Below, piece after piece: positions 23,344 through 35,877 of a DNA stretch of 64,000 nucleotides; the stretch's first letter is position 1, and the number at the start of each line of letters is the position of its first letter. The position numbers were made by a program, and so were the translations under genes. The stretch comes from Octopus bimaculoides (Eukaryota): positions 147,942,081 through 148,006,080 of the forward strand of contig NC_068981.1 in NCBI RefSeq assembly GCF_001194135.2, written 5' to 3'. Under the pieces are notes generated by a model. It was not told the origin of the DNA. It saw only the letters and a program-made list of their open reading frames with translations, and did not search any database.

Positions 23344-25100
23344 ATATTCCAAAAGTCTGTTTTTCCTGTTTCCAGTAAGGGATGGTGGGGCACAATGAGT
23401 AACATTTACAGTATTTTTTGACTTTGAGAAAAAAATACTTTTATAAATGTTCACTGTCAAACAAAAACTAGATTAGCTAAGCAAATGACCTTCTCTAAAT
23501 GCATTAAAAACCACTATAACATATTCAGAACACTATTTCAGAAAATTACCTCCATTCTCAATAATCATATAAAAGACAAATTTAGATGGATCAAAATGAA
23601 CAAGAAAATACAAGGTAAATTTGCCTCTTCAGCTCTCCAGAATTACATTTGAACAAAACTCATACACATCAATATCTAGGTCAAATGAAAGGGAATCATG
23701 GAAAAATGGCATAATATGAAATTAATGTAACTTGACTAAATCAAAAAACTCAACATAAAATTTTCTCTCTAAGCTTCTTCACAATCTGCTGGAGTGGTTC
23801 TCTGCAGAATTCTAGTTTAAGCATCTCATATAATCCCTCATAACTTTTTAATTTTTTAGAATTCTCAGAACACATGAGGATTCATAGAACTATGAAACAT
23901 TTTTTTAAATTTTTCGAAATTTTTTTTCTTAATTACAGTCCTAAATTTTGACTTCAATCCCAGCAAAAGGTCATTAAACATGTTAATGGGGAGAAAGATA
24001 TTGAAAAACATCAACATGTCAGAATGACAAAGAAACAAGAAGGGTATCAGGTGGTCATGAGATGTGCTAAAAATAACAGCTAAATAGCCCTTAAATCAGA
24101 CACAAAAAACATTATTTTTCATAATCATATGAATTCCCATGTGTAGAATACAAATTTGCAAAAGTTTTCTGAAAATTCCAAAAACTAGGCAAAGTAATGA
24201 GATTTTATATGGGGTACTTAAAGCAGAATTCCACCTGGCTCTCTTCCTGATACATTTATGCATCATGCTATTAAAGAAAAGAGGTTATTGAAATTAGTAA
24301 TTACTCATTTTGCCCCAGTTTGGACATCAGTCTTTGAAAATTGAAAATTATCAAATTATGGGAAAAAATTGACTTGGAACACAACAGAGGAAAGAATTTG
24401 GATTGCTGAACATCCAAAATTGTCTAGATATTTCATTAGCAACTTCAATTACAACTGGGTCAGAGTTGAGGGAAAATTTCTTGAAAACAAAGTACCTGTT
24501 ACCTGACGGTTTCAAACTGTCTCAACTGCAACAACAACAATGATGGCCATTGTTTACTCCCAAAGATGATGCAAGAGTACAAAATGGTGATGCAATATTT
24601 GCAATATAATGTTTTCAGACAAGTAGTGAGAAAACAATGAGAAATTGATAATAACTCATTTTGCCCCAGATCTATCAATCTCTTTATCTATCTTTATATA
24701 CAACCATACTCTCTCTCACACACACATACAAACATACACGCACAGATACATACTTTTTTTTTTGGAGTGTTTTATTGTTTTCTGTCAATGTCCAAAAGGA
24801 ACTACAATTAATTCCCATAGGAATTGTGGCTGCTTTGGGAATGGGTAGCAAAGTGTTTTTTTAAATTGAGTGAATTGATGTCACTAATGTAGTTAAAACT
24901 GGTTACTTATCAAAACAGAGGGTCCATTACATTTTTTATATGTTTGTTTATTGAAAGAGAGCTTCTGCATGCAAGATTCCTGAGAGCTGGAGGGGTCCTA
25001 TATTGAGTGCTACATACCCTTCATAGCAGGAGGGCCCTATATCTGTGGATGCCCAGGGCAATTGCCCTCTTTGACCACCACTCCTACAAATCTGGCCCTG

Positions 25101-25310
25101 GCTGCTATGGTTATATAAAGTGCCAGCTGCTTAAAATGAATTGAATTTGTGGAAGAGGGAGCCCCATGAGACTAAGTAGTAAAAGTTGATCTCAAGATGT
25201 TGAGCCTCATGGTGACGACAAAAGACTGAGATGATTGGTGTTTCGTTGTGCTCAATAAGACCCATCTATCATGTTGAAAGTGAGGTCATGGAAGCATTAG
25301 GTTTACGTCT
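25101..25310 (+). mobile_element. RTE fragment, right part (continuation of 20700-21445)
   Basis: Encodes ICGRG...VVKVDLKMLSL...VVLNKTHL-like RTE C-terminus. Confidence 0.75.
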
Positions 25311-26764
25311 AGACACTCACCTGACCCTCTCTTTCTGCACCCAATCCATGCCTATCAAGCTTTACCTACCCCTCATCTTCTTAATACCTATCTCCCCATT
25401 ATACTACTAACAATGGTTCTATTCAGCTGTTGTAATCATATGCCAGCAGAATCTACACATATATCTCTTCCCCTTTGTGCTACTAGTTACTTCCCCCCTA
25501 TCCTTGGAACCACTTCCTTTAACATCTACCATCCCTCCTTCTTGACATCATCCCTTCCTTCTTTATTTTCCATTGCTCACCCCCTTTCTGTGCTTCTATG
25601 CTTCCAGGTGTCTCTTCCTCTCTTCTGAGCTACCTCCATTAAATCCCATTTCATAGCAGCTATCATTCTCAACACCCTCTTATTTCTGCCATTGATGATC
25701 CCTATCTTTGTTCTCTACACTATAGCCAACACAGCATACCTCTGGCCTCGGTCTGTACACATCTCTTTTTCTCTTCCACCCTTCACATCATCTTCCTATG
25801 TTCTGATCTATCTACAGGTTGACAATACTACTGCTCTCTAACCTTCTGTACTGTCACTTATCACCTCCTCTTTCCTGAGCTATTTCTTTTACTTCCTTCT
25901 CATACTAATATTTACCACTAATCACTCCCACTATATTAACCTCTATCCCCAATTCTAACCATCTGTCACTCTTCTCTCACACTCCTATATGAGAATATAG
26001 CTGTGAATATCACTATTTTTTTGCAGTAGAGTATCCTCTAAATTGGACAATCATATTGGATGGAATATCTAATGTAAAGTATCTCTGCTGGAGAAAAATA
26101 AGATTCACAGCTGTAGTGCTTTTATTCTATATTCTTCCTTTTTTTTAATGTGTGATGAGAGAGATTTGGCTGCTGTTTCTAGCAGGTTAAGTTTGTAGAT
26201 TTTAAAACAACCAAATACGATTTAATAACTTCTATATTTGTAAACTATTTATATTAGTGAACTGATACACCAGCTAATGCATCCTAGATATTTGTCAGTC
26301 AATTGATGTACCAGTCCAATCATGTTAAGTATAGATGTATTAGAGAATATTTGTGATAATGCATGTTGAATATTATATTATGAAATGGGGTACTAGCTCA
26401 TGCATGCTAAATATTCCTATAGTGAATTGGCATAGCAAGTTCATGCATGCTAAATAAGTTACATTAGTGAATATATGTTATTGGTCAAAATTACAAATAC
26501 TCAGGCCCTTCTGACAAGATTAGAAAAAATGCGTATCAAAGACCAGTTACACCTTTGATGTCAAGAAAGTAGTATAGAACATAGTTGGCCACTAGCCACT
26601 CATGATGTTGAAGATGATTCACTCAAGTAATTTTTTTCACCTTAAATATTTTATATTGTTCAAAGCAGGCTCAGGAAAACTCTCAGTGATAACCAGACTT
26701 CTACCTCTCCAGACAATTAAACAAAAAAACATCTTTATAATAGCAATTGCAACAGTCCTTCTTT

Positions 26765-27095
26765 AAGGATATGAAACTTGAACCCTCACTAACTCCATAG
26801 TAAAGTACCTTAATGGCTGTTATATCTGGATGCTCCAGGTACCTTTAATATCAGCTAGATTCAGAAAATCTCTATGATTACCTCTTCCAGTGGATCAACA
26901 AGATAGCAGAAAGGAAGTTGCAGCTTGCTGGGCACTGTCTGCAACAACTTTGGTTGCTTGACAACAAATCAACATCTGGAAACCAATCCATGGAAGAATG
27001 ATCCATATACATCCTTCCAAAAACTATGATTAAACATTGTTGAAGGACAATAATGTTGCAATAACAGATCATGTTGGATTACTTGATGACAAAAT
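26765..27095 (+). mobile_element. LINE 3' fragment related to 22420-23343
   Basis: Gives ET.TLT...LNGCYIWML...KLQLAGHCL...KPIHG across frameshifts. Confidence 0.6.
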
Positions 27096-27409
27096 AATAT
27101 ATATAGCACCTTCGTCATCATGTCTAATGTAATTGAAATTCTATGCATCTGCTCATGCATGTTATGTATTTATATTAGGGAAATGATGCATCAGATAATG
27201 TCAGCCAAATTATTTAAAGAAAAGATAATTAATTAGAGAGAGAAAACAAGGAAATAGGTTTTGTGGAGAGACAAACAAGATATCAAACATATTTCTTTAG
27301 AATTATATACTTCATCATAGTATTTTTCATGAATCCTCTAATCACAAGACTAGATGACAACACCTCCCATTGACAGGGGAAAATGGCACTGCAAACTGTT
27401 TATTAAAGA

Positions 27410-28877
27410 CTAGCAGAAATACCCGGCTTTGCCCGGGTTAAAGAGAATAATGAAATCTAAAAACGCCGTCTAGACTACGCAACCCTCAACTGTTAGTAGC
27501 TACGATACCATATTTCTACATTAATAACTCTCCAATCCATGCCAGCATGGAACATAGACATTAAGTGGAATGCCAGTCTCTCATCTAGGAGGGCCTTGAA
27601 ATCAATGTTACCAACTGGGGACTATGTGTGTCACAGTGATAATAAAAAGACCCAAAGGAGGTCTGCAACAAAATAATTTTACTCAACACTTTGCAAGTGA
27701 ATCAGTGGAGGCAAAGATGCGTCTCATTTACTTGACAATTTATGCACCACATTGCAGAAATCACAATGTAAGTATATCTGAAAGGGTAGTCTTACACTGT
27801 TGTACCGTTGAATNNNNNNNNNNNNNNNNNNNNNNNNNNNNNNNNNNNNNNNNNNNNNNNNNNNNNNNNNNNNNNNNNNNNNNNNNNNNNNNNNNNNNNN
27901 NNNNNNNNNNNNNNNNNNNNNNNNNNNNNNNNNNNNNNNNNNNNNNNNNNNNNNNNNNNNNNNNNNNNNNNNNNNNNNNNNNNNNNNNNNNNNNNNNNNN
28001 NNNNNNNNNNNNNNNNNNNNNNNNNNNNNNNNNNNNNNNNNNNNNNNNNNNNNNNNNNNNNNNNNNNNNNNNNNNNNNNNNNNNNNNNNNNNNNNNNNNN
28101 NNNNNNNNNNNNNNNNNNNNNNNNNNNNNNNNNNNNNNNNNNNNNNNNNNNNNNNNNNNNNNNNNNNNNNNNNNNNNNNNNNNNNNNNNNNNNNNNNNNN
28201 NNNNNNNNNNNNNNNNNNNNNNNNNNNNNNNNNNNNNNNNNNNNNNNNNNNNNNNNNNNNNNNNNNNNNNNNNNNNNNNNNNNNNNNNNNNNNNNNNNNN
28301 NNNNNNNNNNNNNNNNNNNNNNNNNNNNNNNNNNNNNNNNNNNNNNNNNNNNNNNNNNNNNNNNNNNNNNNNNNNNNNNNNNNNNNNNNNNNNNNNNNNN
28401 NNNNNNNNNNNNNNNNNNNNNNNNNNNNNNNNNNNNNNNNNNNNNNNNNNNNNNNNNNNNNNNNNNNNNNNNNNNNNNNNNNNNNNNNNNNNNNNNNNNN
28501 NNNNNNNNNNNNNNNNNNNNNNNNNNNNNNNNNNNNNNNNNNNNNNNNNNNNNNNNNNNNNNNNNNNNNNNNNNNNNGAAATGTGATTGTTTCAGTTAGT
28601 AGAATAGTTTCATTTTTAAAGTGAAAGTATTTGACGAGTGTTTTTGTTTCACTTTTGACACGTAATACTTAAATAGTGGAGGAGATATTATGTTGCCGTG
28701 GGCTCGAACTCTGCAAGAAGTTAAAATTGTTTTGACTAAAACACAACTGGAACCCTAAGTAAGGCATGTGTAAAATTTGAATGAAATTAGTTGCGTAGTT
28801 CTCGAGTTTTAGTGATTCACACACACACACAGACAGACAGACAGACAGACACACATTCTTATTTTTATATATATAGA
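27410..28877 (-). mobile_element. Non-autonomous Helitron (interior partly gapped)
   Basis: Minus strand starts TC(TATATATATAAAAATAAG...) and ends CCCGG-gcaaag-CCGGG hairpin, 8 nt, CTAG; inserted between A and T with no TSD; (GTCT)n/(GT)n near the 5' end. Confidence 0.8.
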
Positions 28878-29429
28878 TGACAGCAAGGCTGAAGTATTTA
28901 CTGTAGTCGTGATAAAGTACTGTTTTGGTGATAATATAGAACATAATGTAAATATAAATAAAGATATTTTAATTTGTTGAAAAGAAGATAGTAGAAAAAT
29001 AAAACCTTTTAAACATGAAAATGAGGAGAATGTAGTCACAATGTTTAATGAAACTCAACCTGAAAAAAAGTAAATGAGAGAAATTTTACCTGATTTTGAT
29101 AAACTGAACAATCTGAAGTGATTATAAATAACATCTGCTTAAATGAAAGCCACAAGGCACTTTGTAATATGATTGTTAGTAATTTAATAAAAAGAAGTTA
29201 GCTCAAGAAAGCAAATAGAAATGTTGTTCATAAATTTGGATAGGTTCATATGAAAATGTGAATCTTGCTTCCTATTACAAGTAAAGCACTTTGAAGAAAG
29301 TATGATAGTAATGTTGGATACAATAAGAATATATTCAGAAAAAATTTCAAGCTCAGAGCAACAAATGAAAGTAGGTCATTATAATTTGTAAGAGACACTT
29401 AAGAAGGAAAACTGTGATGGTAGTTTCCC

Positions 29430-29660
29430 ACAATGTCCACAGCCTGCTGGCTGAAAATAGTAAGGAAATTAGGAAGGACATCCAGCCATAGAAACCATAC
29501 CAATGTAGACATTGAAGCATAATGCTGTCTGGTCTGACAAATCCAGTCAAACTATTCAACCCATGCTAGCATGGAAGACAAACATTAAAAGAAGATGATG
29601 ATGGTGATGATGGTGGTGGTGGTGGTGGTGGTGGTGGCGGTGGTGGTGGTGATGATGATG
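29430..29660 (+). mobile_element. RTE 3' tail copy with (GAT/GGT)n extension
   Basis: attaggaaggacatccagccatagaaacc...aacccatgctagcatggaagacaaacattaaaagaagatgatgatgg. Confidence 0.75.
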
Positions 29661-30601
29661 TGTGGTGTGTCAAAGAAACAAATCAGAATTAGGATTCAAT
29701 GTAAATTTGAGAATGAAAGAGGCTGGAATATTTTGAGAATGAAATCAAGGCATGGTTATTGTTCCCTTAACAGAAAGCAAAGGATGCTATTCAGGAAGCT
29801 AAGAAAAATGTAAAATTTGGTGAAAAGGAAATAATGCAAACCGTGGAAATGATTAATGAATTATATTTCTTCTTTTTGGTAATCTTTTTGTCATTAATAG
29901 CCCTATATTTAATTTTTTTGTTAACACATATGGCAATACAATAGATTTTGGCACCCAAATAATTAAGAAGAATTATAACTAATTTATTCCATGCTATCCC
30001 AATTGGGTAGGGAAGATATTAACAAAATATATTTTATTGCATCATTTTAAAGTGAAACAGCTTTGTTTATCAAACTATCTTCTGGCATAAAGCCTAAATT
30101 GCCATTTCCCATTTTACGATATTTAGGCAAACAGTACAAGCTCGATTCAGTAAAAGACAAATTAAAAACTTACAAAATCAGCAGCAGCAGCACACCGACT
30201 TTAAAATTGTAGTTTTATAATTTACAGTTTGGCTTTTATTCAAATTCTCATGCAAAGAGGCCAAGTTATATGAAAGGAAATTTCACTCCCTACACCTACC
30301 AAAAATGAAAATTCAAAGTCATTTATTCATTTATGATTTTTTTGAAAAAATTTTCTTCCTCTCAAAGAATTCAATATTTTCCAAATCTAATCATAAAAGG
30401 GTTTTAAAGAAAAAAAAAAAAACAGAATCCAGCAAGATTTAACAAAACATGAAGTTTTCTGCATAGTTTGTCATTAATGAACATTACAATAGAACTCATT
30501 TTTTCCCTTCATAAACATATAAATAGTGTACACAGTAAACTCTCTTTATATAATGGACAGATGGATTCAATATGTGTTTGTGCATGTGTGTGTGCGCGCA
30601 C

Positions 30602-30634
<33 letters not shown>

Positions 30635-32399
30635 TATGTATGTATGCATGCATGCATATATATATATATGCGTGTGTGTGTGTGTGCATGTGTAAGAGAC
30701 ACCTATAAATAGGTATGTATATATTTTTCTGTACTTTGAAATGCATATTTACTAATAAACATGTGTATGTCTGTGTGTATGTGTGTGTGTGTGTGCGTGC
30801 GCATGTATATATNNNNNNNNNNNNNNNNNNNNNNNNNNNNNNNNNNNNNNNNNNNNNNNNNNNNNNNNNNNNNNNNNNNNNNNNNNNNNNNNNNNNNNNN
30901 NNNNNNNNNNNNNNNNNNNNNNNNNNNNNNNNNNNNNNNNNNNNNNNNNNNNNNNNNNNNNNNNNNNNNNNNNNNNNNNNNNNNNNNNNNNNNNNNNNNN
31001 NNNNNNNNNNNNNNNNNNNNNNNNNNNNNNNNNNNNNNNNNNNNNNNNNNNNNNNNNNNNNNNNNNNNNNNNNNNNNNNNNNNNNNNNNNNNNNNNNNNN
31101 NNNNNNNNNNNNNNNTATACATAAATATATATATAAAATTATTTCCTGGAATTGTAATATGACAAAAAAAAAAACAGTCATTAATATTAATTCAGTAATT
31201 ATAAACATTTGGAAGGTGTAATAAAATATGTTGAAATAAAAGACTTCACTTGTATTATCTTTCAAATATTTTTTTTTTTCATGCTCTTTGTAAAATACCT
31301 TGAAACATTTTTAAAACAGTTCCATTGCCAAGAAGAAATGTATTGTTATAGCAACAATTTATTAGTCAAATTTACCATTGTAAGCTTTCAGGGATTAAAA
31401 TTATTATATTAGTGCAAGAGCAGGGATAAAAACTGGTGATTATGCAAATGATAATGGCGACTATTTTACAGAAGCAAAAATGTTAAATGTAAACCATTCA
31501 TATCCACAACAACTAGCAGTTATTGTTATGGCTATAATGTGTAAAACTATTCAAACTTAATATATTATACTCAATGAGTTTTAAAAGAAGGTAGAGGCTT
31601 AAAATGTACAAAAGAAGTAGCATATAGAACCTGTAATGTTTAAGTAATTCTGCTGTATTTACAATTTGAGGCACTGCTAGTTGCTCTAAACTTGAACAAG
31701 TTAAAAACATATGACAAAAGGTAAAGAATAAAAAAGGATTCAAAGGAAAATTTTTTAAAAAACTTGTATAACTGTGTTTGGAATATAACAGAGTTGGTGA
31801 ATGGAAAGAGAAAATAACAGAAGATATAAAAACAAATAAACACAAAAATGAAACTTTATAACCAGCATGAAATATTACCTTTTCATTAATCAAGCATGAG
31901 AATTAAGGGCTTTAATGAAGAGAAAATTGGATTTTGTGAGGTTCATGCTTTTCTCCAAAAGCATTATTGATATTAATTTTGCAAAACATCTGATTGGGAG
32001 TCAAAAACATGAAACAAAAGTGTGAGTATGCTAAAATCTTAATTGGTAGAGCTGTGAGAGGTTAATGTCATGTGGTTCACTGCACTCTAAGTTCAAATCC
32101 TGCTGGAGCTAACTTTGCCTTGCATCCCTTTGAGGTTGATGGCTGAAAATGTACTCGCAATGTACTGTAGTCACTTCTCCCCTTTCTCTTTCTCTCAGAT
32201 TTAGTTACATTGAAGGGACCAACAAATATGTGTCCAAATTGTGACCTCATAATTCTTTTAGTACACCTTTATAAACTTAGAAAGAAAACAATGATAATGT
32301 TTTCCTAGATTTGTAGAAGGCCACAAAATCGCAGAACAACATAGAAGCTTATTTCATTGAATCTGAAAGGATTTAAACTCAAAGCTTCATGTCAACCTC

Positions 32400-32578
32400 A
32401 CTAGTGCTAGTGGCACATAAAAAACACCTAGTATGCTCTGTAAAGTGGTTAGCATTAGGAAGGGTATCCAACTGTAGAAAACATGTCAGAGATGACATTA
32501 GAACCTGATACAGCCCTGTAGTTCCCTGTCAAACTGTCCAACCCATGCCAGCATGGAACACAGACATTAAATGATTAT
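32400..32578 (+). mobile_element. RTE 3' tail copy
   Basis: gtggcacataaaaaacacc...gtaaagtggttagcattaggaagggtatccaactgtag...ccatgccagcatggaacacagacattaaatgat. Confidence 0.8.
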
Positions 32579-34018
32579 GTAAAGAGATAAAATTCAATAT
32601 AGTAAAGCATTTAGTCTGGTGCTCTACCACTTCTACCATACTAATAATAAATACATGTGTATTGCTTTTTTACAAGACTTCCATGACTGGAGGAAGAAAT
32701 GGAAAAGTTATCCACAAACCAAAAACCTGACCTGAATGCTTACAACAGAGTGTACTTCACTAAAGGTACCCAAGAGCTACCAGATGGTATTAAACTAGGT
32801 GATGAATCAAGTTTACTATTCAAAAATAAGAACAGTCAATTCCAACACGGTTCCACACAGTCTCTATCTACCGATTTTCAATCACAAAGTTTTGGTCAAC
32901 TTGAAGCTACAGAGGATGCCAATTGCCTAATGTGCTATGCCATAGGAATTAACTCAAAGTTACAAATGTGAAGCAAGATAGTTAACCGTGCATCCATTTG
33001 TGATCTGCCTGGTATTTGAATTAGAGAATGGTATTGAAATACAAATTGACTTTAGAAAGTTTAGAGGATTAGAAAAACAATTAATAAGAACCAAGCCTGA
33101 GGAAACCAGCAGTGGTCAATGTTAGCCCCTCTATTAATTTTATCCAACAATCAAAGCATTAGGTGCCACTATTTTATCACATTTGTTTGCTTAATGATTT
33201 TACTTCTAGATCTAGTCAGACACTACTGGAGTTAGGATTTCCAAATTTGTTTATCAGGTAATTACTGAACAAAATAAAACAAAGTTTGCTTTGGCTTTTT
33301 TTTTTACTTTTATTCTTTAAAATTTTGCTCTCATTTTATCAAGTTATTTAAATATTAAAAAGTACATAGCTTAGCTCTATTGAGCACGCCATGTGCTGAG
33401 TAAGCCATGGTTATATAAAAGAAAAAGAATGAGTTATGAAAAATTCAATAAAAATATGTATGTCCACACACAGGTACATAACAATGCAATTTCTTTCAGA
33501 TATTAGTGGCTATAATAGTTAGCAGTGTAACATATAATCAATATAAACACATTATGACATTCTTTTGTTAGATACATTAAACATTGTAGTTTATGCCCAG
33601 TCTAATATTTCTTGTTATGAAACAGAATAGAAAAAAGGGGGCACATTGAATATAGCCCTCAGATTTCTTACAAGTTTTTTATTAGCACTATATTCCATAT
33701 TTTTTGGACTGTAATTTATTTATCATGCTTATTTTCCTATAGCCATTTGTCATTCATGAAATACGTAATGTAACTTGAATCTTTCACACAAGTTTTGACT
33801 GGCAAAGTTTCAAAATAAACATTAATGGTGTCAACCTCATCAGGCTAGGATGCCTGCAAAGGCCATAAGCACTGCCTCCTGCTTCTGACCTAGCAAGTAA
33901 GAACATAAGTGTATAGAAGCCCTGACACTCTATTGAGTTGCTATTTCAAGAAATGTAAAACACTAAATTTATACTTTAAAAATACTATTCCATGGGAAAT
34001 GTGCATTCTTAATAAAAA

Positions 34019-34179
34019 GCACAGGAGTAGCTGTGTAGTAAGTAGCTTGCTTACCAACCACATGGTTCTGGGTTCAGGCCCACTGTGTGGCACCTTGGGC
34101 AAGTGTCTTTTACTATAGCCTTGGGCCGACCAAAGCCTTGCGAGTGGATTTGGTAGATGGAAACTGAAAGAAGCCCGTC

Positions 34180-34241
<62 letters not shown>

Positions 34242-34477
34242 GTGTGTATATGTATATGTATGTGTGTGTATATGTTTGCGTGTCTGTGTTTGTCCCCCCA
34301 ACATCGCTTGACAACTGATGCTGGTGTGTTTACGTCCCCGTAACTTAGCGGTTTGGCAAAAGAGACCGATAGAATAAGTACTAGGCTTACATAGAATGAG
34401 TCCTAGGGTTGATTTGCTCGACTAAAGGTGGTGCTCCAGCATGGCTGCAGTCAAATGACTGAAACAAGTAAAAGAGT
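34019..34477 (+). mobile_element. Full tRNA-SINE with expanded internal (TA)n/(TG)n microsatellite
   Basis: A-box-like TAGCTGTGTAG and B box GGTTCAGGCCC; internal (TA)n at ~34180-34238; 3' body ...ctccagcatggctgcagtcaaatgactgaaacaagtaaaagag. A second 5' half follows at 34490-34672. Confidence 0.88.
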
Positions 34478-35400
34478 AACAAAAACAAAAGTGCTGGTAT
34501 GATTGTGTGATTGAGAAGCCTGCTTCTAAAGCATATGGTTTCAGGCTCAGTCCCACTGCATTGCACCCCGGACAAGTGTCTTCTACTATAGTTCCAGGCC
34601 AGCCAAAGCCTTGTAAGTGGATTTGGTAGATGGAAACTGAAAGAGGCCTGTCGTGTGTGTGTGTGTGTGTGTGCACTCTTGTCTTGGCAGCATATGATGC
34701 TTATAAATGAGCATCATCACCATACAAATGATGCCATTCATTTCTAGTCTTCAGTGAAAAACATGTCCAGATATCAGAAAATATTACTGTGCTCAGAAAT
34801 AGATGAAGGTTGGTGACAGGAAGAGCATCTAGTCATAGAAAATCTGACTCAACAAATTGTCTAACCCCATGCAGGCATGGAAAAGAGGACATTAAGGACA
34901 GGGCAGTAGTTTCCTCTTCTCCTAACAATCGACACTTCCATAATGCATTATCCCAACATATAATTTCTAACCAAACACGGTGCATGTGAAGTGCACCAGT
35001 GTCCTCAAAGAAAACCAATGATATTCACTTAAAATATATTTAATGCTATACAAATAAAAAAACAAAAACCTTTCATACACTATACCATCTACAGGAAGAT
35101 AAATTTTATATAGCCTATTTTAAAATTATCTAAATTAAATCCTTGTTTTAAATTTTTTGTTGTTAATTTACGCTCCAAATACCAGTTTAATAATGACAAA
35201 GTTAATTTAGTAAATTCTTCAGTTTTAAAAATTAATTGAAAGAAAGGTATTATTTTTCAGCAGAAATATGGTTCCAGTAAAAAGGAAAACAGTATCCTAA
35301 TGGATAAATATATTTTTACAAATATCAAATTTATACTGATTGTTGGCAATCCATTAGTTATTCTTTTTTGTATGTTTTTTTTTTTTTTACATTGTATATT

Positions 35401-35877
35401 TATTCTTGGTACAGTCAGGTAGATTCGAACATAAATATGCTAATCACTGTTGTGTTTTGTCACAGAACAACTTCTCCTTTTAGACAAATGTGTATTCATA
35501 ACATACATGATTCATTAGTGCAAGGGACTCTGGGGCAGTTGGTGTCTCAACATTGTGGTGTCTTGTCAGCCAGGGGCACCTCTGGACAGAATATAACAAG
35601 AGTCAATGCTGTTGTTTTCGACTTTAGCTAATAAATTGTTTGCTGATCTGTGCTGATACCTGACAACCAATAATAAATTGTTAAATGCAAAGTAAACAAC
35701 AAGAATTAAAACAATGACTTGGGGATTTATTCTTAATATGTTCTAGCAGATTCAAATGTGAATATGCTAATCACTGCTGTGGATCATTGCAGGAGAACAA
35801 CATTTTCTTTATGACAAATATGTGTTCATAATTCATTTGGTTCATTAGCTCAAGGGACTCTGGGACAGCCAGTGTTT
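35401..35877 (-). mobile_element. Second retrozyme-like tandem: 330-nt monomer plus a partial copy
   Basis: 35401-35545 and 35729-35877 are diverged direct repeats; the unit contains a decayed hammerhead. Confidence 0.6.
35528..35575 (-). ncRNA. Decayed type I hammerhead ribozyme
   Basis: Minus strand CCCUGG-CUGACAA-GACA-CCACAA-UGUU-GAG-ACA-CCAAC-UGC-C/CCAGAG. Four departures from canon: two at CpG positions, and two restored by the sibling copy (AA-ACA-CUGGC-UGU-C/CCAGAG at 35858-35877). Confidence 0.65.

Larger units (their letters stand above)
21446..25100. mobile_element. hAT-like DNA transposon relic with imperfect TIRs and 8-bp TSD
   Basis: Ends CAGGACTGGATTT / AAATCTGGCCCTG (10/13 complementary); flanks gctgcaat (21438-21445) and gctgctat (25101-25108); RTE coding sequence resumes after 25100. 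Confidence 0.8.

Noticed and set aside
25320-25990. Long pyrimidine-rich tract (and purine-rich tracts at 55150-55420 and 56640-57000)
   Set aside because: They read as decayed CT/GA low-complexity sequence with no periodic or coding signal.
32672-32971. 90-aa ORF 32699-32971 and possible acceptor at 32671
   Set aside because: No recognisable domain; frames from the acceptor hit stops quickly and there is no good donor.
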